Below are positions 1 through 14,705 of a stretch of DNA of 60,000 nt, piece by piece. This stretch comes from Lama glama (Eukaryota). Below the pieces are notes generated by a model, which was not told where the DNA came from, did not search any database, and saw only the letters and a program-made list of their open reading frames with translations. The stretch spans positions 68,264,001 to 68,324,000 of the forward strand of contig CM052816.1 of assembly GCA_028534125.1 (NCBI GenBank). The letters run 5' to 3'. Both the position numbers and the translations under genes were made by a program. Position 1 is the stretch's first letter; every line of letters begins with the position of its first letter.

Positions 1-639
1 AATGACTAGGATCAGCAGTTCCCAGCAGCGTTCAGAGTACACGAAGGCAACTTGAAGGATTACCCATGGACAAAAACTACACAAATACATCAAAAATAAA
101 ATCTACAATCTCATCTGGCCACCCAGTGCAGAATTCTAGAGCTCCATGAGAATAAGATCTGTACAATAATCTTCCCCTATTGAATGGTGTTCCCACCAAA
201 CAGAATCCCAGTCTCCGTTCTTCCTAAGGGCCCTCTGGGCACCATCTCATTTCTTCTGTTCTGGTGCTTCTTGGTTTCTGTGACCAAGGCTTCCCAGGCT
301 TGGAACCTACCTTTGACTGACACTCAGCCCAGCTTGCCAAGAAAGGAATGCTGTTACCAGGAGACCACTGAGCCAGGGCCTCAGCTCACAGACTAGTACT
401 CTCCAGGGCTCTCTCAAATTCTTACAAGAGTGCACCATGGCAGCCCTCCTAGGAGAGGCTTTTGAAGCGCCTAATGTTGAAAGAAGTTCTCAGTTGGAAA
501 GGTTCACTTCTTTGCTACTGATGCTGTCGATCTAAACAGCAGTTTTCACTTGAAACTCCCCTAGTATGAACATGCAGGATCAAATAAATAGACCATTTCT
601 TTTATCAAAGACGAAGTGGTGTAGTAAGGAAGTGCAAGG

Positions 640-845
640 GTTCTGCAGGCAGTCCATCCTGGCTTTGGCACCTCTTGACCATGACCTTGGGCAACTTAAT
701 CCCTATGTGCCTCCAATTTCTCCCCTACAGTATAGAGATGATAAGAGTATCAATCTCATGGGGTTATTTTCAGGATTAAATGAGTTAGTACATGGAGATG
801 CTTAGACCAGTGCTGGGCATAGATAGTTCACTCAGTGAACATCGC
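640..845 (+). mobile_element. MIR SINE
   Basis: MIR core motifs (gaccttgggcaacttaat...ctccaatttc...aggattaaatgagttagtacat...agtgctgggcatag). Confidence 0.75.
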
Positions 846-1405
846 CATCACCATTGTTCCTGGGAGGATATGCTTATAAAGAAAAAGAAAATATAGCGAT
901 AATGTTACGAGTGTCAGGTTTAGAGGCACAGGAATTGTCAGGAAGATCCCAAAAAGGTGTTTTGGAGAAAAAATGTTAAGAGGTGGAAGTTCTCTTATCC
1001 AAAGAAGCCCCATGTAACACTCCAGCTCCCAAGGAAACTGGTGCCTAGGGACGGTCTGGTCAGGATCTTAGAAGAGGCCGATTCGGATGTGCTGGGCAGC
1101 AGCCTGGCTCAGTTTGCTGCTTCCAAAATTGCTCCTCCTTGTGTCAGGCGAGGAGGGAGAAGAGAGAGTGTGAGCAGTGGGTTTTGTTTTTTCCTTCTGT
1201 GCTTGATGCTCCCTCTTATACAGAGGGAGAACCGTGACAGAGTGTTTTGCTGTTTGAATCACTTTGGCAACCTGAATTCCTTTGCTCTTCTAGGAAATTG
1301 TAAACAAAATAAATTCATTGAGTGGACATTATTTTTTTACTTCTGTTTTCCCTCTCCAATGGCTAGTACTTCTTAAAAGGGGAGAGGGGTCTCTTGATTG
1401 TTTTA

Positions 1406-1476
1406 TATTTTTGTATTGAAGTATAGTCAGTTTACAATGCTGTGTCAATTCCTGGTTACAGCATAATATAGTTCAG
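1406..1476 (-). mobile_element. Extremely 5'-truncated L1 3' end (71 bp) with a perfect 14-bp TSD
   Basis: attgaagtatagtcagtttacaatg is an L1 3'-UTR terminus; tcttgattgtttta is repeated at 1392-1405 and 1477-1490. Confidence 0.85.
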
Positions 1477-1739
1477 TCTTGATTGTTTTAAATTTTCATG
1501 TTTCAGACCCCTTCAAAATATGTTGAAGTAAAATCAAGTAAAAGAATCTTAGCAAAGTTGATAAAGCAGGCATGAAAGTTTAGATACGGTCACTGTAACC
1601 ACCTTCTGATGACAAGCATGCTATAGAACTTAACTCACTGATCCAAAAGATTTGAAAGTTATTGTGAGACAAAGGAGGATGGAAGGAGAAATAGGATGTA
1701 AGACGGAAAGTGAGAGGGAGAGAAAGAAAAAGGTTGAAG

Positions 1740-2240
1740 TCAGGGACCACCTATGGGCCTGCCACCAGTACAGCCACAGCGGGCCCCACACTCAGAAGGG
1801 AGCTCTGTGCTTGGGGCACGATGCTCTTTGGCCATTGGAAAATTCTCAATAACTCTATCTTTGAATTTGTGTTCTGTAAGTTAAGTCTGATAGGACAGTA
1901 GGTGAGCCTTGGCTCACATGGTCCCACTTCCCTGCCACCCTGGGTCAGATGTTCAGGCCCCAGCTCCGCAGTCCTCTGGCAGGGTTTGGGCACAGACTCA
2001 GAGAGGGTCAGGATCAAGTACATGCCAAGTTGCAAGATGGGGCCCCAGGTACCTGGGAGGGTTCACACTCTCTGTGTGAATCCCCAGCCTACGGGAGTGT
2101 GACACTAAAGAGCAAATAAAAATCATGACAGTCAAGAGAGACACCATAGAAGAAAGGAATACACTATTTCCCTGCTGAGTGAGCAGCAGTTCCACATTTT
2201 AATTTTCGCCTGGACTCCACAAATTATATAGCTGGCCTGG
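1740..2240 (+). mobile_element. hAT-Tip100 DNA transposon fossil (Zaphod/MER91-like)
   Basis: Internal gggccccacactcagaaggg...gaaaattctcaataa and terminal ccacaaattatatagctggcctgg resemble the MER91/Zaphod consensus as recalled. Confidence 0.55.
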
Positions 2241-3758
2241 TTATAGCATTTAAAATCTACTCAGTGCTTTTCCTGGGGCTCAAAGTTGAGAGCTTTGAGT
2301 GCCCCGGGCATTTTGTCCCGCAAGAGGTTTCAGAACTGGTACCAGCTGCTGTCCCCGATACAGTGGAAGTACACGGGAAGTTTCACGGTGTAGTGGTTCT
2401 CTGTGAAGCCAAGCTGAGTAACATCCGGAAAGTCAGTGGCGGATGCAAACAGAGAGGGGAGGGGAAGGAAGAGGACAATTGAAAACCAGTGAGTGCTGTT
2501 CCACAGAATTGTGCAAACTGACTCAGAGGTTCTAAACACAACTCTGGAGTCAAGTAAACTGGGATCATAAAATGGGAAGAATGCCAAAGGAAATTTAATA
2601 TAGGGACATTTATTATGAGGTGGCTGTTGAACAGCATTTGGAATGCATTAAAATTGCAATTTTTAAAAATACAACTCTCTTTTTTTGCCCAGGGTCCCTG
2701 AGCCTGGCATGTGGCCTGGCTCCTGGCTCCTGGCTCCCAGGACTATAGTGTCTCTCTCTCATTTCTTTATCCTGCTCCTCACACCTCCTAGGGACCCCCA
2801 TTCTACCCATAAGATTGGTGCATGGAGTTACAGGGTCTCTGTGGATTCATTGAGAAAAGGAAGATGCTGATGAATATATTTGGACTGTTTTATAATCTTT
2901 CCACAGATATCAGGAGAAATCTGTAGGATAAGACTTTCCATTTGTGTGAGATAAAACTAGAATTTATTTTATTGGCCATTAAGGACTCTTTGTCATGTTA
3001 AATTGCAAATGCTTACACAGTGTTTTTTTCTGTTTTTCAGTCGAATGAAAAGGTAACATGCACAGCATTTATTTACTCATTTGTTCGAGCTGAAGGGATG
3101 TAGGATACTCTCAAGGAATAGCTAGTGGCTCTTAGGGCTGGGTACTAAGAAGAGTATAGAATAGACTCCTTTCAAAGATAAGATAAAAAGCTTATTGTAG
3201 ACTGACACAGAATGAGGGACCCAGTTTAGGTGGTTGCCTGAAGTTCTTTCCTTCTCATACTTGTTTTATTTCTTTATTGATTGGCTACTAAATTATGATC
3301 CACTTCCTTTCACAAAGAATTTTGGCAATTAAATTACATGCAGTTTATAGCAATTTGACCATTACTAGACCATTTTGGTCATCATTATGCCACCAGTCAG
3401 TACTCATCATCATCATTTTGTTAACCTTAAAATTAACACCGCCAGTTTCTCAGGGGTCAACATCTACAGCAAGTGGGGAAGCAAAATGAATAGGTTTAAT
3501 GAGAAAGTTGTCTAGGAGGTCCACCCATCATGCTAGCTCTGATGCAGGCCAATTATACCTGTATTTAAGTCCTCCTTAGTTCACTACTTATGGAAGACAG
3601 TTTAGCTCTTATGGGAGATAAAAATCCCTGCAGTGACTTGAGACAAATGGAAATTTGTTGGTGGGTTTGATAAAGTGTATTTTCTTTTTTTGTTGTTGTT
3701 TTGAATTTTTTACTTTGAATTTTTATCTTAAGATGCATAGATGGATTGTACATAATGA

Positions 3759-4022
<264 letters not shown>

Positions 4023-4723
4023 TAACCTCAAAATAAATAACATGTTTAAGGAGTTATCCTATGTGACCAGATCCTATTGCCAGTAATATTTATATATGTG
4101 CTTGTGACAATAAACCCTGCTCTATTTTAGTCAGGGCAGGAAAAATCATTGTTATGGAGAGAAACACTGTGACTGTACAGTGTTATCAGACTTTCCACTT
4201 TTTACTAAACATTCTCAGTGTTCTCAGAAAGCTTTCTGTATATGGCTTCCTGCTATATTCGCTTTTTGTTCTTAACAGTAAGTCTTATTTTTTTTTCCTT
4301 CATTCCTGGATTATGTCGTAAAGTCAACAAGCTCTTGTTATCCAGAGAAGAGCATAATGGAGGGTTTGTATTCAGAACTAGATGTGACCTTATCATAGTT
4401 TTGTTTTGATTTTCTTCAATCATTAAAGATGTATTGATGTAGAAAAGGAAACTGAGTCGAGAAAAGTAAAGAGACTTACCTCAGAGGTAGTTAACAACTA
4501 AATGAAAACCTGGACCCTTGTGTTCCAGACATAGAGCCATTCACCTATGATGCCTTTCACCCATAATCTACTATTACAGCTTTTCAACTACAATGTTTAT
4601 CTAATCTTTGTTTCAGTTAGGCATAGATTCAATGAAAATACAAGAATAATGGAAATAAAAGAATAATACAGGTTCAGTAGAAATGTAAGAATAATATAAC
4701 AACAAATAAGACTATTGAATGGA

Positions 4724-4794
4724 CACCAGACATTAACACAACATTGTAAATCAACTATACTTCAATTTTTAAAAACATCCAGGCCCCCCCAAAA
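4724..4794 (+). mobile_element. Short L1 3'-end insertion with a 16-bp TSD
   Basis: acacaacattgtaaatcaactatacttcaatt is an L1 terminus; aagactattg(a/t)atgga occurs at 4708-4723 and 4795-4810. Confidence 0.8.
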
Positions 4795-7288
4795 AAGACT
4801 ATTGTATGGAAATACAAGAACAATACAAAAATAATAATAATAATAATACAACAAATAACACTATTGAAAATAAGTATAAGGTTTATACACTATCTGTGGT
4901 TTCTTTTACCTTTTTCTATTGAAGTACAAAATTAGTCACCTACTTACCATGATTTTAAATACCCCAAGAAGCGTCTTCTACTTCCTGATACCTGAAATCT
5001 TTATACCACAAGGAAAAAAATTCTTGGGTTCCATATAAGTCTCAGAAACTGGGGATGGTTAACATGATGACTTTAATTAAAATTAATGTTTAAATCATTG
5101 AAAGCAGACCTTTTCCTAAGAGCAGATGTTGAACCTGAGCAGGTAAGCAAGTAGAAGAGAAAAAGAAGGAAAAGAGGGCTGGAGAAAGTTTACCTTACTT
5201 CAAAATACTTATAGAACCAGCTCTGAATAGAGTATTTCCCATTCTGCATTATCACATGCTTAGCAGAGAAAATTTAATTCCCCCAGCCTCAGGGAAGAAA
5301 GGAAAACCAAGGGGAGAAAAAAAGTCTACAAGACGGGTCCTATGAGGGTTCAAAGGGAAGTAAAATCTCAAGGAGGATCTAGTTCCTGCTCCAAAGCTCA
5401 GCTCATGTGTTGTATGCATTGATTAAATCCTGCTCTCCATTTTGTTTCAGTTTCTGCCTCGTGCAACTCTGCCTCCAGATTGAAACTACAAGCTTGTGTT
5501 AGTATAGACGCTTTCACATTTTTCTTAGGCTTAAGTACTTAAGCATTTGTAATAATTGTGACTTCTCTTTCCTTCTTCTCTTTTCCAGTAGAGAGAAAGT
5601 TTTTGAGGAAAGGGAAGAAAAATAAGGCAATTATAAAAAAAAAGAAAAAGAAAGAAAGGAGAATGAGGGAAAATATGGGGGAACTAAGAACTAGTTCTGT
5701 GAGATAGTAAAACACATACATCTATGACATTTACAACATGGTGGCACTAGTTTGATTGATAGCACAGAACACCTAACTCAGAAATAGCTTATGTAGCGTA
5801 AATGTCCCAAATTTCATCAGTCTAAAAGGTCATACTCTCCCTTAAAACCCAATTCATTTATCTTCAGGAAGGACAGTCTTTTATCAAATTCTCCTCCCTA
5901 CATAGTTCTGGGAATTCTCTAGGGAATATTTACATATTCCATAAATCACTCCTTGGCTGCTGACACCTCAGCCAATGTTCTTGCACCCATCATCTCCTGC
6001 CATTCAGAGACCACCTCATCAGCCCACTGCTTGCCTCTGATGCATTTCTTCTGCATCATGGGCCCTGACCCTCCAGCTCCTCACTGGATAGCTGAGTCCA
6101 GTCTGCTATGTTTGCAGGACTATTCTGAAGCTTGAGATAAGAAAGGAACTACAGCTTAGATAACTTGAAATTGTATACTACAGATGGCCCACAAAGGCTC
6201 TATGTCTATTAGTTAGAAGCTTTGAAGTTATCTTTGCTTCTTTTGTTTATCTTCAAAATAATTTAAGTTTTTCCTGTGTTCTTCTAGACCTCTTCTTCCA
6301 TGCTGATGGTCAGAAGAATTAAAACAGTCAGTCTAAGCAATTGTTGTAAAGGAGTATTTCACAGTGTTCCAGAGTGAATTGTCACCTGTTGGTAAACCTG
6401 ACTATATTAATGTCCAATTTATCATCTGCTGAATTTAATGATAATATATTCTCTAAACAGGGGGGCATAATATGGCTGGTGCCTCATCTTGTTTTGTAAT
6501 AAATATAGTCTGGAGACCTCTCACATAGAATGGAATGAATCATATCTGCTACAGATTCAAATAGGCAGTGTGATTGATCACTATATTGAAAAAATATATG
6601 GTCCTAGTAAGTGTTCTCAAATTGCTGCCCATGGCATAACATGAGGAGAAAGATGCTTGATTGACAGAGGACATAGTCTACATATGGGAACTCTGTTCAT
6701 ACTGTGGACATGACTACTCTCCAAATACTAAGGCCCAAGCCCCTTCACAGATAACCCCAACTGAGCCCTTCTCCATCTAGCCCCCGGCTGCCTCCATGTC
6801 TGAGAGACCTCTTGGCTCTCCGAGGAGTGGCCTTCTGCCAGGAGTCAGGCACCAGAGTGAGGCCTGCCAGGCCTTCCTTTCCTGCCCCAGGATTGATTCT
6901 TTCCCAGAGTGACTGACAGAAAGAATAGCCATTCTCTTCACAGGAATCCCCTTTTGCAGGAATGTCATCTCTCTCTGTGCCTCTCCTTAACCTCCATGGT
7001 CCCACTGTATTTCCCAGCATCTCTGCCAAGGAATCTGGCCCCCTTTGCTCTTGGGTCCAGTGGTCCTTTATGCTCTTAATCACCCTCTTGTCCCATCTGC
7101 CTTGACAGCTGATGGGGACTCTTTCTACTGTTGGGGAACTATTTTGCTCCAGTTCTGTCTCAGTTCTGGGCTTGACTTCCGGAAACAGAGAGACATTATT
7201 TCCCTTATCCAGCCTGCTACATCCCTCCCCTGAGGTTGAGCACAAAGTCAACCATTTCTTTAAATGGAGGAAAGAGAAAGAGAAAAAG

Positions 7289-7333
7289 TGTATGTATGTA
7301 TGTATGTATGTATGTATGTATGTATGTATGTAT
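7289..7333. repeat. (TATG)n microsatellite
   Basis: About 11 tandem TATG units. Confidence 0.95.
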
Positions 7334-7509
7334 ATGTCAGGATCTCAAAATATGATCCCACTACATTAATAAGTTGATAAAAGTTGGCTATGTAACTGGA
7401 AAAACAGACCAGCTCCACACATATCAAAATACACATTATAGACACACATACAGTTTTTTTTAATCCAGATAAATCTAGACGCAAATATTTGGTTTCCTTT
7501 TTATCTACA

Positions 7510-8640
7510 TTTGGTAAAATTTACTCTCTCTCTCTTTTTCTTTTGATGTATAGTTCTGAGTTTTAATGCAAGCATAGATTCATGTAACTACCGCAGACAA
7601 GATTCAAGACAGTTCCATCAAATCCAACATCAACTCAGTTTGTTCTTTTGTAGTCAAGCCCTCTCCCATCCTGAGCTCTAGGAACCACTGATTAGTTCTC
7701 TGTCTCTTGGGTTTTGCCTTTTCCAAAATATCATGTAAATGGAAATATACAGTATGTAATCTTTTGAGACTGACTTATTTCACTTAGTAAAATGCACTTG
7801 AGATTCACCTATGTTCCATAAATCAGACTGTTCTTTATATTGCCTAGTTGTAGTCCGTTGTGTGGATGAACTACAGTTTGTTTATCCATTCACCCGTTGA
7901 AGGACATTGGGTTGTTTCCAGTTTTAGGCGATTATTAATAATGTTGCTATAAACATTTGTGTACAAGTTTTTGTATGAACAAAAAAATTGTCATTTCTTC
8001 AGCAATATATCTAGAAGTGAGATTACTCAGTCATGTGGTAAGTATGTTTAACTTTAGAGGGAACTAACTGTTTTCTGGTGTGGCTTTTTCTGTTTTGCCT
8101 TCCCACCAGCAATGTATGAAAGTTCCACTTGCCCCAAATCTTTACCAGCACTTGGTATTGCCAGGGTTTTGGTTTTTGGTTTATTTTTGTTTGTTTGTTT
8201 GTTTTAATTTTTTTAGCCATTTTAATAAGTTTGTAGTGGTATCCCATTGTGGTTTGAATTTGCATTTTGCTAATGAAAGATGTTATACAGCACCTTTTCA
8301 TGTGCTTATTTACCATTATGCATAATTCTCTGATAAAATGTTCTAATCTTTTGCTAATTTTTTTATTTAATTTTATTTTTTTAATGGAGATACTGGGGAT
8401 TCAAACTAGGACCTCATGCATGCTAAGCACATGCTTTACCACTGAACTGTACCATCCCCCTTTTGCCAATTTTTAAAGTTGGCTTGTGTATTTTTCTATT
8501 GTTCAATTTTGAAAGGTTTTATATATTCTGAATATAAACCTTTTGTTGGATATGAAATTTGCAAATATTTTCTCCCAGTCTCTGGCTTTTTTTTTTTCCA
8601 TTTTCTTAAGAAAATATTGGTTTTGCAATTTAGCAAAGTT
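7510..8640 (-). mobile_element. Old L1 (L1M-type) 3' portion, interrupted by a SINE
   Basis: Typical antisense L1 ORF2-end/3'UTR text (tatccattcacccgttgaaggacattgggttgtttccag; tcccaccagcaatgtatgaaagttcca). ORF 8023..8316 is a degraded L1 ORF2 fragment (MQIQTTMGYH). Confidence 0.85.
8362..8460 (-). mobile_element. Camelid tRNA-derived SINE (Vic-1-like) with a ~14-bp TSD
   Basis: Minus strand ggggatggtacagttcagtggtaaagcatgtgcttagcatgcatgaggtcctagtttgaatccccagtatctcc plus an A-rich tail; cttttgc(t/c)aatttt on both sides. Confidence 0.85.
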
Positions 8641-8739
8641 TTAAATACTGATGAATATTTGTCTACCTTCTGGCTGATGAAGGAGTTTCTAAAACATAAA
8701 ATCATGAAACAAACCAAAAATGAAGAGGTCATTAAGTGT

Positions 8740-9607
<868 letters not shown>

Positions 9608-11263
9608 TGAGCACACGAGGAAGCATTCATTTTTCCTTCCTCTCAAAGATTTATAAAATTGGATGAAATTTTTTAAACTACCCATGCACAAAACCGGGAA
9701 TAAGCGAATAACTGTGTTTGCCATTATCTAATATAAAATGACATGTCCTTGACTCTGTGGAGGAAAATAATACTAGCAAGCCTGAATCTGTCAGCCCAAC
9801 ATTCACTAAAATTTAATCTTTTCTTTCCTTTTTCTCCCTTTTCTCTTCCCCATATGCCATGTCCTCTTAATTGTTCTTTTGGCTAAATCAACATTTCTCT
9901 CTGTCAAGTGAGTCAGGTGTAGGTGAAGCACCTTGAACGACCTGACCATACATGTATGTCTACACATTTTAACAGCATCTTGATATTATTATGAATATAG
10001 TTTAAACCTCATAAAACCCCTGAAGTCTGTCAGGGACCCAGCCTTCGAGGTTCAGTGGACCACAGTTGAGACCTGCTGGCCCAAATCACAACCTTTAACA
10101 GGAGGAGGAGACTGATTGTAGAATATGCTGAAGTAGCATTAAATAAGGGCATGTTCTATCTGGAGAAACTTGAAAGAATGTTACAGCTGTCTTGGGGTTC
10201 TCTCTGACAGTATCAGGAGTCCAGAAGCTGTGTTTGGTATTTCAGAAAGCCTACTGGAAGGTGAAAGAAGGAAGATAAAAATATGTCATGGGAATAAAGA
10301 TTCCAATTGTGCACTGTGTGACCTGCAAGGGAGAAAAAAAAATCATTACATGCAGCCAAAATAAGTGGTGATGTTTTTCAAATTACAGATTACAATATCT
10401 CACTCCAAAGAGTAATGTTGCAATCTGGCTTTTAGGGCCTGCACATGGGTCAGGTTTCATCAATTAACTCATACCACAGAAAGCATTAAATCAATTGTGG
10501 CCTCAAAAGAGAATAACACAGAATTTTCCAAGGAACAAAAACAGAGTAGAGCCTTAGGGAAACTCTCAGCACAAGAAGAGCCAGCGGACAGCTGCTGACC
10601 TTTATTTCCTTTAGAAATTGCCCACCCATTGGGCATTGCTCACTTTTCTTTTGCTGCCACGCCCAACCTCTGACTTACACACTTCCTCTTCTGCAGCTGA
10701 AGCCCAACAAAAGCTTCTCTCCTTGGCTGCTTTTAGTATCCTTTTTTTTTAAAGTGTTTTTCAATAGGAAATTTAGTAGAAACTCAACAAGAAACAGCAC
10801 ACAAACAGCATAAAATGGGCAGTCTTCCTGAGGTGGATAATGTCAGAGCTCTGCCCAGACCTCCTGGGACCCCCTTCAGAGAAAGCGTAAAACCACACTA
10901 CCCCCACCTCTGCAACCTCCACCCTGCTGCTGCTGGTTGAAGCCTGAACTCAACATTTGCCCTTCATGTCTTGCACTCCTACTGATGTCCTTAAGAAGTG
11001 AGAACAGTAATGCTTTAAGCTATTTTCAGCTTAAGTTATCCCTTGGCGAAAACAAATTTTGAAAGGATAGCCTCTGAGTGAGCAAGAGGAATCTAACTAA
11101 GAAATGTTCTAACTGGGCAGAGAATGGACCAGGGCAAGAAAGGAGGTGGCAAAGGGTGTTCTTGCACATCACCTTTGACTTGAGAGGCTTTGGGGTGTCT
11201 GAATGATCTCAGACAACCTGCCCAAGCAGATGAAATAGTGGGAGGTATTTTCTTTGGTTGTAG

Positions 11264-12076
<813 letters not shown>

Positions 12077-12644
12077 TAGAGGGCAGGACCAGAAGGAAAT
12101 GGGTGATTAGGCCACCTTTTTCCCTCAAGTCCTCTGGGTTCAGGATTTCCAGGCTATAGAGACATTCTGCTTTTCCACCCTGAGAGCAATCATCAAGCGA
12201 AAGTATGTGCCTTCTAATCTCATCACAGCAAATGTGTGTGGTGACCAGTCTATTAGAGCAAGAATATTACTATTTCCACCAATAAGGATTCTTACCCAGG
12301 GGTATATGGCAATATCACCTAAGAGAAGTTGATTTGTTTGTGTGATTATTTTTAAATCATGTGTTCATTCCTCACCCCAGACCTACTGAACCAAAATCTT
12401 GGTAAGGAAGGAGGGGAAATGACAAAGCCTTCTATGTATACGTGCAGAAAGAGAACCCACTCACACATGTATGGTTCAAGTCTCCACACATACCAGAGGT
12501 TTACATGGAAGTTCTCTTGCTACCTCTTCCCCAGCTACCCAGTGCCCCTCATCCAAAGCTACTAATATTATTAATTTTTAATTTATCCTTCCAGAGATGT
12601 TCTATACAGGTATATATTTATACACATTTAATATGTATACATAC

Positions 12645-13060
12645 TGTCAGGCTGCACCTTGCAGGCCTACAAGGCCTGTACTCACCCAGCTTCAAGACCA
12701 AAGAAAGAGCCTAGAGTCAGTGACAGAGACATCAGTGGTTTAATGGGTAGGGGGATCTTACACGTCTGAAGCAAGGTCCTGGAGCGACACCCCACCATGT
12801 GCCACAGTCTTTGCTCCCAGGGGAGGGGTGCTTAGCAGTTACAGGGGGAATTACATCAGGTTGGCTCATTAGTTACCAAGGCAACCAGCACAGGGTACGC
12901 CCCTCACTACCCCTTTGATAAAAACAGTCACTAGCTGGGGCCTGGGGCAGGTATGTAGGAAGATCTGTCACATGAGTCGGGTGTGGGTGAAGCAGGCACT
13001 AGTTGAGCGGGGAATGCACAGAGACCAAGAGAACACCACCTTGAACCGCCTGACCATACA
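12645..13060 (-). mobile_element. Solo ERV LTR (~416 bp), nested in older repeat fragments (MER5-like ends at ~12300 and ~13245)
   Basis: TG...CA termini (tgtcagg...gaccataca). ATTAAA on the minus strand (tttaat at ~12739). The flanking 5-mers catac and cgtat are reconcilable with a CpG-decayed CGTAC TSD. Confidence 0.75.
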
Positions 13061-13944
13061 CGTATGTCTACACATTTTGAATAAATGTATCACACTGAAG
13101 TATCTATATTTTTATATACATACAAGCAATATATATGTGTCTATTCTCCCCCCCAAAAATTATCACCCTAAAAGTTTCATTTATATTTTTTTAATGATCC
13201 ACAGGTGATTGTGATGCCCACCAGAGACTAAGAACTATTGTTCTAAAACCAAGGCTCAACACAGCTTCCAAAATCAGTTCATTACCACAGTATCTTATTT
13301 TTCTAAGTGAATTAATGACTAATATTTAAAAATCATGAAGCTTCACATAAAAATTTTAAATTATAGCTTTTGTTGAGAAATTGAAAAACTTGGCAACATT
13401 GAACCCAAATAGCAGTTGGCAGTAATTGGCTAGTTCTGAGTAACCACTGCCCCCATGGACGCCACTTGGGCATCACTGCCCCCAGTGCAACCCAATCCAC
13501 ACCACTCTGTAGTATCTCTCCATGGAGTGTCAATTGTTCTTTATCAGCACATTTCTCTTGTTGTTTTTCTAATAGTAGGGTTAAGGGGAGAAATTATATA
13601 TTTCTTGAACCCACAGTTCTGTCAAAAGTAGAATAAAGGGAATGTTAAATAATTAGCTGTGCCTGTATCAAAGCTTTTTTTTTTTCAACCAACATTTTTG
13701 AGTGCTGATAATAACTAGAAGCCATTCTAGGTAACTGAGTCATAAGATAAATCTTCCAAGAAACTTCAGCCTATAAACGAGCTTTAAGGGATATGGATTT
13801 GCTAAAATAATTGTGCAACTCACTTTAAATTGACTTTCTTCTCATATTTAGATACAAGATCATAGGCATATTAAATGGAAAGGACCTTATTCATTCATTC
13901 TTTAAATGACTGTTGAGTATCTATCATCCCAGTTTATCAAGAGG

Positions 13945-14150
13945 CAGCGTATCCAGTAGTTAAGAGAGGGATTCTGAAGCCATACTACGTGGGTTCAAAT
14001 TCTAGCTCTCTCATTTACTTGTTGTTGCTGAATCTCTCTTAGCTTTTGTTTCCTCATGGGGAAAATGGGAAGAAATTTAGAGCTGTGGGTTGCTGTTAAG
14101 ATTAAGCAAGTTGATACATGTAGTTAGAACTGTGATTTAAATGTAGTGCT
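13945..14150 (+). mobile_element. MIR SINE
   Basis: gcagcgtatccagtagttaagag...gggttcaaattctagctct...tttcctcat MIR motifs. Confidence 0.7.
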
Positions 14151-14299
14151 ATACACACACATTTGTGGTTTTTCTTTTTAAACTGTGTGCCAGGCCCTAT
14201 GCTAAGCACTGTGCCTTAGAGACAAGCTAGAAATGACCTTTGTTTAAAAGGTGATGAAATTTGCTCTCTGATCTAGTCTTTTCCCTCCGGCTCTCCTTT

Positions 14300-14705
14300 T
14301 ATCTCGGGAAGCTACACTTCTCAGGCTCCCTTACAGCTGCTTCCAGGTACTTGTGGCCAAGTGCCAGGAGGCACTGACAGAAGGGTAAGAGCAGGAGAAA
14401 GAGGGAAACCAGTTTAGTGCTACATAACATCCCTCTGCTTCCAACTCTTCCCACTCCTTCCACACAGCCCCTCACTCTAGCTCCCACTAGCTTCTGGGCC
14501 TTGGTCATACCACTCTTCCCCCTTATCCCTTCAGCCTAGAGGTGGTTGAATCTTCCTGCTATGGCTAATCTCTGGATTGTCCTTCTGCCCTGTCCTCTGG
14601 CTTCTCAGATTTTCTATCACCAGTATAACCAACTTTCTATATAAAATTCCCTGTTTCAAAGACCTAGGGAGGTCTCTATTTTCCTAAATAATCCCTGACT
14701 GATAA
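14300..14705 (+). mobile_element. ERVL LTR (LTR33-like)
   Basis: 3' end cccttcagcctagaggtggt...aaattccctg...ccctgactgata resembles LTR33 as recalled. Confidence 0.6.

Noticed and set aside
8380..8460. tRNA-like sequences here and at ~45460-45537 and ~48190-48265 as tRNA genes
   Set aside because: A-rich tails, TSDs and degenerate stems identify them as SINE copies.
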